This document shows, piece by piece, positions 49,808 to 58,605 of a DNA stretch of 64,000 nucleotides. Numbering within the stretch: the stretch's first letter is position 1; the number at the start of each line of letters is the position of its first letter. The DNA is from Fimbriimonadia bacterium (GTDB lineage Bacteria; Armatimonadota; Fimbriimonadia; Fimbriimonadales; Fimbriimonadaceae), in assembly GCA_030430755.1 (NCBI GenBank), contig JAUIKO010000004.1, positions 6,817 to 70,816 of the forward strand, written 5' to 3'. The translations under genes were made by a program, and so were the position numbers. Below the pieces are notes generated by a model. It worked only from the letters and a program-made list of their open reading frames with translations. It was not told the origin of the DNA and did no database searches.

Positions 49808-51384
49808 ACTCAGAATCTCATAAAACCACTATTTCGAAAGCAAGTGGAATTTTAATCATTAGTATTCTCTGCAGTAGACTTCTAGGACAATTGCGAGATA
49901 CTTGCATGACAGCAACTTTTGGAAAGAATGAATTCACAGATGCATATCGATTGTCATTCCAGCTTCCCGATCTTGTTTTTTATCTTCTTAGTGTTGGTGC
50001 CTTAAGTGCAGCCTTTATCCCAACCTTCAGTGAATATTATCATAAGGATATGAACTCAGCTTGGAAATTCTTTTCAAGCATACTATGCCTAATTGCTATC
50101 TTTACAAGTGTCATCATTTGCATATTGTGGGTTGGAGCCCCCTTTTTTGTTCAATTCCTAGCGCCTGGAAAAACTCAAGAAATAAACTCACTCATTATTA
50201 CCATGAGCAGAATTCTCCTACCTGCCCAACTAGCATTTGTGATTGGTTCTCTTTTTTCTGGAACACTCTATGTTCGAAATATATATTTCATTCCTGCACT
50301 AACAAGTAATGCCTATAACATATGTATTATCTTGTCAACTATTTTCCTCTCTAAATATGTACAGCCAAAAATCACCTCTATGTGTTGGGGAGCTGTGATT
50401 GGAGCATATATTGGAGCTATTATTATTCCCTTCTGCACGATGATCAAAATAGAAAAACATACATGGTTCTCTTTTGATTTTTATCATCCTGGTATATTAA
50501 AATTTTTCAAGTTAGCATTGCCAGTAATATTCGGTCTCTCTCTTCCAGCTTTAATAGCACTCATGACACAGTCATTCGTAAGTTATTATCCAGAAGGTAT
50601 CAATACCACTATAGATCTAGCCAATAAGATCATTCAAATGCCGCTAGCTATTACTGGACAGGCTATTGGGATGGCAGCTTTTCCTATTTTAAGTAACTAC
50701 TACTCAGAAAAAAAAATCGATATATTTGCATCTGAGATCAACAAATCAACGAGCAATATTTTATACATTTCTAGTTTTGCAGTTATTCTTATCGCTACAC
50801 TTTCAAAACCGATTGCAACCCTTCTTTTTGAATATGGAAACTTTACGGCTAAAGATTCCGAACAGGTTTCATACATGCTCCAATTGTACTCTGTCTATAT
50901 CATTCCTGCTTCCGTTTTGCCCTTTATTACACGTGCATTCTATGCAACGCAAAACACGCTGATCCCAACGATTCTTAATACAGTAATAACTATTCTTTTT
51001 TATATCTTAGGTCGGTTCATTCTTGAACTTAATTTCAGCTATACACTCTTTCCAATCATATCAACATTTTGCATATCTTTGTTGACCATATCCATCTACT
51101 TGTCTCTTGCAAAACAACTATCCCATTCTTATACTATATACTCACTTACGAACTTTCTTCGAATTGCAATCTGTATGATGATAACCTTCTTATTCACTGC
51201 ACTCGTTCATTCTAATACATCGAATTTATTCTTTTATCAAAAGAATCTAACAGCAGGGATTCATATTGCTCTTATAACATGTATAAGCATGTTCATATAT
51301 ATCTTCATAGGTTATTACCTTAAAATACCGATTTCAATGAAAATAGTTCATAAGGTTAAAACAAAAATTTTCAAACTTACTTGA
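49804..51384 (+). CDS. murJ: Lipid II flippase MurJ (MviN)
   Basis: SR.LG.LRD......FG....TDAY...F.LP......L..GALSAAFIP.F N-terminal signature. About 14 TM segments. 4-nt overlap with the upstream SBP gene. Confidence 0.9.
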   Translation: MNSESHKTTISKASGILIISILCSRLLGQLRDTCMTATFGKNEFTDAYRLSFQLPDLVFYLLSVGALSAAFIPTFSEYYHKDMNSAWKFFSSILCLIAIFTSVIICILWVGAPFFVQFLAPGKTQEINSLIITMSRILLPAQLAFVIGSLFSGTLYVRNIYFIPALTSNAYNICIILSTIFLSKYVQPKITSMCWGAVIGAYIGAIIIPFCTMIKIEKHTWFSFDFYHPGILKFFKLALPVIFGLSLPALIALMTQSFVSYYPEGINTTIDLANKIIQMPLAITGQAIGMAAFPILSNYYSEKKIDIFASEINKSTSNILYISSFAVILIATLSKPIATLLFEYGNFTAKDSEQVSYMLQLYSVYIIPASVLPFITRAFYATQNTLIPTILNTVITILFYILGRFILELNFSYTLFPIISTFCISLLTISIYLSLAKQLSHSYTIYSLTNFLRIAICMMITFLFTALVHSNTSNLFFYQKNLTAGIHIALITCISMFIYIFIGYYLKIPISMKIVHKVKTKIFKLT

Positions 51385-51453
51385 TAGCTCCAATTTAGAG
51401 GTATTCATTGTGAAAATATACAATTCTCAATATTCTCAGATATACTTTTATCT

Positions 51454-52083
51454 ATGATCCACTTAAAAAAAATAGGTATTCAATACAAAAATCAGTGGAT
51501 TCTTCGAAAACTTACTAAGGAAATCGATCAAGGAGATCTATGTATTATTAAGGGAAATAATGGAATAGGAAAATCCACCCTAATAAAAGTTATAGCAGGG
51601 ATGATCGACATTACTGAAGGAAGTATCTGTTTTGGCGATCATCCTAAAAAAATCGGATATGTTTCACCCGAATATCACTTATACAATGAACTCACTTTAC
51701 ACGATCATATCCAAATTATAAAAAAGACATTGACCCCTATATCATCTTCAATTCAGCCTGAAAAAGAACTTCTTTCATTACATTTAAATCAATATTTAAA
51801 TACACCTATAGAGCACTTCTCAACAGGTACATTAGCACGAGCAAAATTTTTTTTAAGCATTATTCAAAATCCTGATATCTTACTTTTAGATGAACCAACC
51901 TCTCATTTAGATAAAAGCAATCAACAAATCATATGGAACAAGATAAAAGAAATTCAACAAAAAAGCACCATCTGTTTCGCAACAAATGATCCAAGTGAAT
52001 ATAATTTAGGTAATATTACCATTGATTTAAATTCTGAAAAACTACCGCCTAATCATGAATCGCATCCTACCTATCCTATATAA
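51454..52083 (+). CDS. ccmA: Heme-exporter ABC ATPase CcmA-like
   Basis: Walker A GNNGIGKST and Walker B ILLLDEP. The signature reads FSTGT (not LSGGQ), and the H-loop position appears to be N (FATND). Context: followed by ccmB and ccmC. Confidence 0.7.
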   Translation: MIHLKKIGIQYKNQWILRKLTKEIDQGDLCIIKGNNGIGKSTLIKVIAGMIDITEGSICFGDHPKKIGYVSPEYHLYNELTLHDHIQIIKKTLTPISSSIQPEKELLSLHLNQYLNTPIEHFSTGTLARAKFFLSIIQNPDILLLDEPTSHLDKSNQQIIWNKIKEIQQKSTICFATNDPSEYNLGNITIDLNSEKLPPNHESHPTYPI

Positions 52084-52711
52084 AGAAACTCTTTGTGAAA
52101 TCCGATCAAAGCAAATACTTATGACTACGTCATTGTTTTCTATTATATTGGTTTTCTTAATGAGTTATTCCTTTTCAAACATCATTCTTACAGCAGAAAT
52201 GAGTTCTAATCTATTGATGATGATTATTCTTTTTATCACCCTTTCTACTTCTCCAAGATTTATTTCCATAGAAAAAGATCGAAAAACATTCCCTTTTCTT
52301 AGAACATTCTCTAATATGGAAACTATTTTTAAAGCAAAAGCCATCTATGCTACCATACTTAATGCCTTCAATCTACTTGTAGTAAGTTTATTATTTTTTA
52401 TATTTACTCTTCAAAACATTCCCAATTTACTTCTATTTATTCCTTTTATTTTTATTCTAAGTTTTAATCTTTGCTCAGTTATTCTATTTTGTTCTATCAT
52501 CTCAGAATCCATGAGCCCTGCATGGATTTACTCTAATGTGTTATCTATTCCACTCATCATCCCTCAACTTATTTATGCAACACAGATTCTTTATGTCATC
52601 CAAACAGATATCACATCTTCAAGTCTCATTGAGAATATTCTTGGATTAATAGGTTTCAGTTTATTGAAAATATTTCTTCTTCCAAGTTTTGTTAAGAATA
52701 TTTACGGGTAG
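52055..52711 (+). CDS. ccmB: Heme-exporter membrane protein CcmB-like
   Basis: 218 aa with 6 hydrophobic segments. N-terminus ILYKETLCEIRSK resembles the CcmB l.RelrlafR start. Lies between ccmA and ccmC. Confidence 0.6.
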   Translation: MNRILPILYKETLCEIRSKQILMTTSLFSIILVFLMSYSFSNIILTAEMSSNLLMMIILFITLSTSPRFISIEKDRKTFPFLRTFSNMETIFKAKAIYATILNAFNLLVVSLLFFIFTLQNIPNLLLFIPFIFILSFNLCSVILFCSIISESMSPAWIYSNVLSIPLIIPQLIYATQILYVIQTDITSSSLIENILGLIGFSLLKIFLLPSFVKNIYG

Positions 52712-52720
52712 ATTAAAATA

Positions 52721-53470
52721 ATGAATAATAAAATCATCGCAATAATTCAATATATCGGGATAAACTTAGCTATTATTTTTAGCTTCTCTGCACCAGGTGC
52801 GAGCCAGTTTCAATACCCAGATTTAGCAAGAATTATTTTCTGGCATCTACCATGTGCTATGATCAGCGTCATTTTCCACTTAATTTGTGGTTATCATGCG
52901 TTTAAAATCATCAAGTATTCTGATACATCTTCTGAAGTTAAAATGAATAACGCTTTAGGTATGGCTGCCATGATGAGTACATTAACGATGCTAACAGGAC
53001 TTCTCTTCTCGAAAGTGCAGTGGGGAGCATGGTGGCAATGGGATGCAAGACAGACATCCTACCTAATGTTACTTCTAATATTTTCTTCAAGCCTTATCTT
53101 AAAAAAAGGATTATTACATCATAGTAGAAAAGCAAAAATTACCGCAGTATACAATTTAACATCCATACCAGTAGGCATTTTCCTGGTGTTTATTTATCCA
53201 AGACTCACTCAGATTATGCAAAATTCATTTCACCCATCTCAAACCATACAAGGTGGTTTACTGGATCAAACCTATTCCTTTACACTTCTATTTGTGGGAT
53301 TCAATTTGTTCCTATTGTGCTATAGAATCTTTCATATGAAAAATAAATTAGACTATACTATTATCATAAAGGAAAATAATCATGCTAGATTTAGAAACAT
53401 GGAATTACACAGCAGCCATACCTCCGATTCTTATATGGACAGCCCTATTTATTTATCTAGAAAGAATTAA
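52721..53470 (+). CDS. ccmC: Heme-exporter protein CcmC (WWD-domain heme handling protein)
   Basis: Trp-rich signature KVQWGAWWQWDARQTS (WGxxWxWDxRLT). Confidence 0.85.
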   Translation: MNNKIIAIIQYIGINLAIIFSFSAPGASQFQYPDLARIIFWHLPCAMISVIFHLICGYHAFKIIKYSDTSSEVKMNNALGMAAMMSTLTMLTGLLFSKVQWGAWWQWDARQTSYLMLLLIFSSSLILKKGLLHHSRKAKITAVYNLTSIPVGIFLVFIYPRLTQIMQNSFHPSQTIQGGLLDQTYSFTLLFVGFNLFLLCYRIFHMKNKLDYTIIIKENNHARFRNMELHSSHTSDSYMDSPIYLSRKN

Positions 53471-53501
53471 TAATAAAATAGATGTTTTTTCTAAAAAATA
53501 A
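53382..53501 (+). CDS. Possible CcmD-like small single-pass membrane protein (39 aa)
   Basis: Sub-threshold ORF MLDLETWNYTAAIPPILIWTALFIYLERINNKIDVFSKK, preceded by AAGGA about 9 nt upstream. It sits where ccmD normally lies but overlaps the ccmC 3' end by 89 nt in another frame. Confidence 0.25.
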   Translation: MLDLETWNYTAAIPPILIWTALFIYLERINNKIDVFSKK

Positions 53502-53536
53502 AACAGAACACATCATAGATTTTTTTATATCAACAT

Positions 53537-53564
53537 TGACATCTATTTCGAATAGAATAATATT
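53537..53564 (+). promoter_or_regulatory. Candidate sigma70-like promoter upstream of flagellin
   Basis: TTGACA (53537-53542), 16 nt, TAATAT (53559-53564). No convincing sigma28 (TAAA-N15-GCCGATAA) match was seen. Confidence 0.3.
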
Positions 53565-53672
53565 ATTGCAATAATACTGTATTTTAAATCAATATTGCAT
53601 ATAATCATAAAGCTATCCCCCTTTTTGTATATATTATAAATATGCAAGTTTGCGTCATTTGGGGGAAGGCAA

Positions 53673-55094
53673 ATGTTCAAAATCAATTCTAGTATTAATT
53701 ATTTTATTTTAGGAGCACTACGGAAAAGTCAAGCAGATTTCACAACATCTGTTCAAAGGCTAAGTACTGGGTTTAGGGTAAATTCTTTCGGAGATGATCC
53801 TGGGGTTGCCTCTACTATATCAGAAATGAGGAATGAAATAGCTGCAACTGACCAACTTATGACTTCTACTCAAGAATCTATTAACTACACGAAAACAGCT
53901 GATGCCGGCCTTGCAGAAATAAGCAGATTATTAGAAGATGCGAATGCCATTGCAACGGCAGCCAGTAATGATGCAACCCTTTCTGCAGACCAAAGAACAA
54001 ATTATCAAACACAACTCAGTGCAATTATGACAGCAATTAATAACATTGCCAATAACACCACTTACGGTGATGTAAAAATGCTCAATGGAAGTGCTGGGTC
54101 TTTTGTAGGTGGTACAGCAGTTAATACTATAGATGACATGACTTTTAGTGGTATGTTTGGAGGATATGCTCTTACTACCAACGCAACCGTATCCGTAGCA
54201 TTAATTACTGCAGCAACTCTTGCATGTGTTTCAACAAAAAGTTTCGCCACTCCCGTAACCACAGTTGGAGCTGGTTCATTTTCCATTAACGGAATGGTAT
54301 TTAACACATCTGCAACCGATACCATTAGTGATGTTGTATCTAAGATCAATCAGAATTCTAATACTACAGGAGTAACTGCTGTTGGAACATCAGGAGTGAT
54401 ATCTCTTGCAGCTACCACATTTGGATCGAATGCTTCAGTTGAAGTGATCGATGCTGGTTCATTACTTTTAGACTCTTCTGCAACTTATTCATCTGTTTCA
54501 GGTGTTGATGCTGTGGCTACTGTTGCAATTTTAGTTGGTTCCGATACAGCCGTAGTTAGTTTTGATCAAGGCTATGGTAGAGAGTTAAAAGACTTAAACG
54601 GTAATGTCATTAAATTAACTTCAGCAGGTGCTGTGATTACAGCTGCAACAGAAAGAGGTTTAGGTCAAGTTATTAAATCTACATCCCTTTTTGCGGTCGA
54701 TAAAGGAGTAACTACAGGATTCTATTTGGGTAATTATTCTGCAAATCAACTTGGATCTGGAGTTATTGCTAATACAGACTTAGAAGATATTAGTGTTAGC
54801 TCTGCTACGAGTGCATCATCAGCAGTAAGTGTTATTAACCAAGCACAATCAGACATTGCTTTTGCAAGAGCGAGCGTAGGATCATTTCAAAAATACGTTT
54901 TAGAAAGTAATTACAGAATGCTTCAAGTTAGAAATGAGAATGCTGAAGCATCTAGAGCCAATTTGCAAGATACCGATTTCGCTGCAGAATCAACAAGCAT
55001 GACTAAAGCTTTACTCGTACAAAGTTCTGCTGCTACTGCTTTATCACAAACATCTCTAATACCACAATCTATTCTATCTCTGATTAAGTCCTAG
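53673..55094 (+). CDS. Flagellin
   Basis: N-terminal D0/D1 block (..VQRLSTGFRVNSFGDDPGVAS.ISEM). C-terminal block ASVGSFQ..LES......V..EN.EAS.AN.QDTDFAAEST.MTKA..L.QS..A.LSQT...PQSILSLI. Central T/S/A/G/V-rich variable domain. GGGGGAAGG Shine-Dalgarno. Confidence 0.88.
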   Translation: MFKINSSINYFILGALRKSQADFTTSVQRLSTGFRVNSFGDDPGVASTISEMRNEIAATDQLMTSTQESINYTKTADAGLAEISRLLEDANAIATAASNDATLSADQRTNYQTQLSAIMTAINNIANNTTYGDVKMLNGSAGSFVGGTAVNTIDDMTFSGMFGGYALTTNATVSVALITAATLACVSTKSFATPVTTVGAGSFSINGMVFNTSATDTISDVVSKINQNSNTTGVTAVGTSGVISLAATTFGSNASVEVIDAGSLLLDSSATYSSVSGVDAVATVAILVGSDTAVVSFDQGYGRELKDLNGNVIKLTSAGAVITAATERGLGQVIKSTSLFAVDKGVTTGFYLGNYSANQLGSGVIANTDLEDISVSSATSASSAVSVINQAQSDIAFARASVGSFQKYVLESNYRMLQVRNENAEASRANLQDTDFAAESTSMTKALLVQSSAATALSQTSLIPQSILSLIKS

Positions 55095-55157
55095 TATGCA
55101 AATATAAATGATAGAGAATAGATATTATTTGTCACATCCAAGTAACATACTTAATAT

Positions 55158-55439
55158 ATGGATGTGATAAATAATTATCATATAGATTGGGCTAACATAG
55201 TTATGACTATTCTAGCTCTAAGTCTGTGCCTGAGCTTGTATAGACTCATAATAGGGCCGAGTTTAGCAGATCGTATCGCTTCGCTCGATCTTATTTCGAT
55301 GATTATAACCTCAATGATGTGCACCTACTCTATTTTATCAAATGATACGATATATATTGATGTTGCCATCGCTGTAGTTCTTGTTACCTTCTTAAGCACC
55401 GTTGCCTTTTCCAGATATAAGGAGAAATCATTATCATGA
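55158..55439 (+). CDS. mnhF: Na+/H+ antiporter (Mrp/Mnh) subunit F
   Basis: LSLYRLIIGPSLADRIASLDLIS matches the MnhF r.i.GP...DR..alD motif. 93 aa, 3 TM. Confidence 0.8.
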   Translation: MDVINNYHIDWANIVMTILALSLCLSLYRLIIGPSLADRIASLDLISMIITSMMCTYSILSNDTIYIDVAIAVVLVTFLSTVAFSRYKEKSLS

Positions 55440-55795
55440 ATTATCCAACTTTACCTATATTCTTAACACTACTTGGAAGCTTTATTACCTTTATTGCCGC
55501 ACTAGGTATCGTTCGTATGCCAGATTTTTTTCTTAGATTACAAGCCATCACCAAAGCAACTACGCTGGGTATTGGATTAACATTAACTGGCCTTATTTTT
55601 CATTTTAATGATTTACATATCACACCGAGAATTGTTTTGATATTGTTTTTAGTATTTCTTACAACTCCAGTTTCAGCACATATGTTATCCAGAGTCGCTT
55701 ATTTATCAAGTACTCCAAAGTGGAAAGGCACTGTTGTAGATGAACTTAAAAATCAATACAATATGGTAACGCACAAGTTGGATGGAAAAAAATAA
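55436..55795 (+). CDS. mnhG: Na+/H+ antiporter (Mrp/Mnh) subunit G
   Basis: AALGIVRMPDFFLRLQAITKATTLG matches MnhG (G.lRfPD.y.RlHa..k..tlG). 4-nt overlap with mnhF. Confidence 0.82.
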   Translation: MNYPTLPIFLTLLGSFITFIAALGIVRMPDFFLRLQAITKATTLGIGLTLTGLIFHFNDLHITPRIVLILFLVFLTTPVSAHMLSRVAYLSSTPKWKGTVVDELKNQYNMVTHKLDGKK

Positions 55796-55969
55796 TTTCC
55801 ACAGGAAATCAAGGGCCTTGTATACAATAAGTTTCCAGCTAAAACATATACATTCGTGCCGTTTATGTAACAAGATTTTAGGAATGTATTAACATATATA
55901 TAAATAAACGAAGATTTACACATAATGAGTACAAAGTTTAACTTAAAGATGATACATAGGAAAAACATG

Positions 55970-56464
55970 AAAAAAATATTTGCGATAGGAATAATAAATT
56001 TTATCAATATAAATCTAAGCTTATGTGCTACGGACAACAACAACCAGGCTGAAGTAGACATTTTTGATAATTACTCTGCTGGAGATATGTGCGTTGATAA
56101 TCCTGACCCAATTTTATCCAAAGAAACTTACTATCTAAATATAGAAGAATCTGACCATGAAGAATGTATGAGTCTTGATGAACTTTTCACCTTATCCAAG
56201 CAATCTAATATTTACTCTCCACCTCTTATACATGAATCTACATCTGAAGTTGAAAGTATTGATCAGACCCCATCTGAAGTTGAGAGTAAATATTTATCTC
56301 GATCAAGCTCAGAACAATCCAATCAAGAAGAAAAAGAAACAAAAATCTACTCCCACTCTGCTCCTACATCCTCACTAACCATAAATGACTTAAGAACATA
56401 TCGTAGTTTTATGAACAAAGAACGATGTTTTGGATATCATCATATACCTAGTAACAGTTTATAA
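55970..56464 (+). CDS. Hypothetical acidic lipoprotein
   Basis: The in-frame ATG at 55970 gives MKKIFAIGIINFININLSLC (lipobox). Internal near-repeat STSEVESIDQ / TPSEVESKY. No family recognised. Confidence 0.5.
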   Translation, partial: KKIFAIGIINFININLSLCATDNNNQAEVDIFDNYSAGDMCVDNPDPILSKETYYLNIEESDHEECMSLDELFTLSKQSNIYSPPLIHESTSEVESIDQTPSEVESKYLSRSSSEQSNQEEKETKIYSHSAPTSSLTINDLRTYRSFMNKERCFGYHHIPSNSL

Positions 56465-56518
56465 AGATGAAAATAACTTATATGGCTATATCAACAACTC
56501 TATAAGTACATTTAGAAG

Positions 56519-56564
56519 TAAACTATAAAGGTGTTAATATTAATATTAACACCTTTATAGTTTA
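56519..56564. repeat. Perfect 46-bp palindrome (23-bp arms, no spacer) between the hypothetical lipoprotein gene and typA
   Basis: TAAACTATAAAGGTGTTAATATT|AATATTAACACCTTTATAGTTTA, checked base by base with every pair Watson-Crick. Lies 18 nt upstream of the typA ATG. Confidence 0.9.
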
Positions 56565-56581
56565 TAACAACCCTTAAAATA

Positions 56582-58405
56582 ATGGAACATATTAGAAACA
56601 TTGCAATCATCGCTCACGTTGATCATGGAAAAACAACCCTCGTAGACTCTATTTTTAAACAAGCAGGACTTTATAGAGAGAACCAAACTATTCAAGATAG
56701 AGTTATGGATAATAACGATCTAGAAAGAGAACGTGGTATTACTATTCTATCGAAAGTAGCTAGTGTAAGATATAAAGACTACAAGATAAATATCGTAGAC
56801 ACTCCTGGCCATGCTGATTTCGGCGGAGAAGTTGAAAGAATTCTATCCATGGTAGATGGAGTATTACTTGTAGTTGATGCCTGTGAAGGTCCAATGCCGC
56901 AGACACGCTTTGTTCTATCCAAAGCATTCCAAAACAAGCTTAAAGTTGTCGTTTGTGTTAATAAACTCGACAGAGAGGGATCCAGACCTTTAGAGGCATA
57001 TGATAAGACGTTAGATTTATTTATAGATCTCGGCGCTGATGAAGAAACTTTAGATTTCTCTGTATTATACACCTCAGGTGCATCAGGTTTTGCTAAAACT
57101 TCTCCCGATAGTGACGAGTCCAATCTACAACCCTTATTTGAAGAAATCATCAAAACAATTCCTGCCCCTAATGTTGATATTAACTCACCATCCCTTCTTC
57201 AAGTCAACAATCTTGATTACTCAGACTATCTAGGAAGAATGTTTGGAGGAAAACTATTAGCAGGTTCTATTAAGGTTGGTAATAGGCTAACGCAAATAAG
57301 AGAAGGCAAAGAAACTTCTTTCAATGTGACAAAACTATGGACCTATGAGGGACTGAAAATTCAAGAAGTAGAAGAAGTAAAAGCAGGAGAAATTGCTATG
57401 TTATCTGGTCTTGATAATGTTCTCATTAGCGATACTATCTGTGATGCAAACCATCCTCAAGAATTACCAAGAATAGAAATCGAACCTTCTACACTAAGCA
57501 TGAATTTTTATGCGAACAATTCTCCACTTTCTGGAAAAGATGGCGGGAAATTCCTGACGATTCATAAAATTAGAGAGAGATTAGAAAAAGAGCAAAGTGT
57601 CAGTGTTTCCATTAATATCGACCCTGATTCTCCTTCTGATTCTGTAAAAGTATATGCAAGAGGAGAATTGCAGCTCTCCGTTCTCATTGAAACCATGAGG
57701 CGTGAGGGATATGAACTTGCTATATCACGTCCTGAAGTTCTGTTTAAAAAGGAAGAAGGAAAAATCATTGAACCTTACGAAGCTGTAACTTTAGATTTAC
57801 CAGAAGAATCAGTAGGTCCTGTCATGGAAGAATTGAGTCGCCGAAAAGGCATCATGCTAGACATGGGCAATCCGATTAATGGTAGATCTAAGATAGAATA
57901 TGAGATTCCAACTCGTGGACTGATTGGTTTTAGATCCAATTATTTGACACTAACTAGAGGACTCGGAATCATGGGAAGCATCTATCTAGGCTATAAAGCC
58001 TATGCAGGAAATGTTGTTAATCGATCTGTTGGATCGCTTATTTCTAAAGATCCAGGTAAGATTACACGATATGCATATGAAGATGTTCAGGAAAGAGGCA
58101 CTCTTTTCTATCCAGTAGGTACAGAAGTATACGGTGGAATGATCATAGGAGCTTGTTCAAGAAATGAAGACATGTTAGTTAACATTACTAAAACAAAAGC
58201 TGCTAATAACATAAGATCAGCGAACTCTGAGGCTACTACATCACTTGATTCTTATCAAGATTTTAGCTTAGAACAAGGACTAAGCTGGTTAAGAGATGAT
58301 GAACTTTTAGAAATCACTCCACAGTCATTAAGGTTTAGAAAAAAAATACTGGATCACTCTGAAAGAAGAGTTTCAGAAAGAAAATCAGGTTCTGTTTCGG
58401 TTTGA
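56582..58405 (+). CDS. typA: Translational GTPase TypA/BipA
   Basis: IRNIAIIAHVDHGKTTLVD, DTPGHADFGGEVER and NK.D G-motifs. EF-G-like domains. 607 aa. Confidence 0.96.
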   Translation: MEHIRNIAIIAHVDHGKTTLVDSIFKQAGLYRENQTIQDRVMDNNDLERERGITILSKVASVRYKDYKINIVDTPGHADFGGEVERILSMVDGVLLVVDACEGPMPQTRFVLSKAFQNKLKVVVCVNKLDREGSRPLEAYDKTLDLFIDLGADEETLDFSVLYTSGASGFAKTSPDSDESNLQPLFEEIIKTIPAPNVDINSPSLLQVNNLDYSDYLGRMFGGKLLAGSIKVGNRLTQIREGKETSFNVTKLWTYEGLKIQEVEEVKAGEIAMLSGLDNVLISDTICDANHPQELPRIEIEPSTLSMNFYANNSPLSGKDGGKFLTIHKIRERLEKEQSVSVSINIDPDSPSDSVKVYARGELQLSVLIETMRREGYELAISRPEVLFKKEEGKIIEPYEAVTLDLPEESVGPVMEELSRRKGIMLDMGNPINGRSKIEYEIPTRGLIGFRSNYLTLTRGLGIMGSIYLGYKAYAGNVVNRSVGSLISKDPGKITRYAYEDVQERGTLFYPVGTEVYGGMIIGACSRNEDMLVNITKTKAANNIRSANSEATTSLDSYQDFSLEQGLSWLRDDELLEITPQSLRFRKKILDHSERRVSERKSGSVSV

Positions 58406-58408
58406 TTT

Positions 58409-58453
58409 TTATTCCACAAATTCTTTTACAAATATAAAGAATTTGTGGAATAA
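58409..58453. terminator. Bidirectional hairpin terminator between typA and the LRR gene
   Basis: 18-bp perfect stem TTATTCCACAAATTCTTT / AAAGAATTTGTGGAATAA with a 9-nt loop, beginning 4 nt after the typA stop. Confidence 0.7.
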
Positions 58454-58605
58454 ATACTCTCTTCACTTTAAATAAATAATCACTATATACGGATTTACTA
58501 TTTATCCATACTAAACGGTCTTTTCTTTGAATAAAAACTATTTTCAAGAAGTATTTTATATACTGGATACCATCCAGTATATAAAATGATGACACTACGA
58601 AAAAC

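Noticed and set aside
53600-53605. Perfect TATAAT 70 nt upstream of flagellin as an alternative -10 element
   Set aside because: There is no acceptable -35 or correctly spaced TG, and in DNA this AT-rich a lone TATAAT is expected by chance. It is mentioned only as an alternative to the TTGACA-based candidate.
55753-56061. 102-aa minus-strand ORF spanning the mnhG 3' end and the start of the lipoprotein gene
   Set aside because: It is antisense to two better-supported genes. The sequence is a Phe/Ile/Leu-rich artefact of AT-rich DNA.
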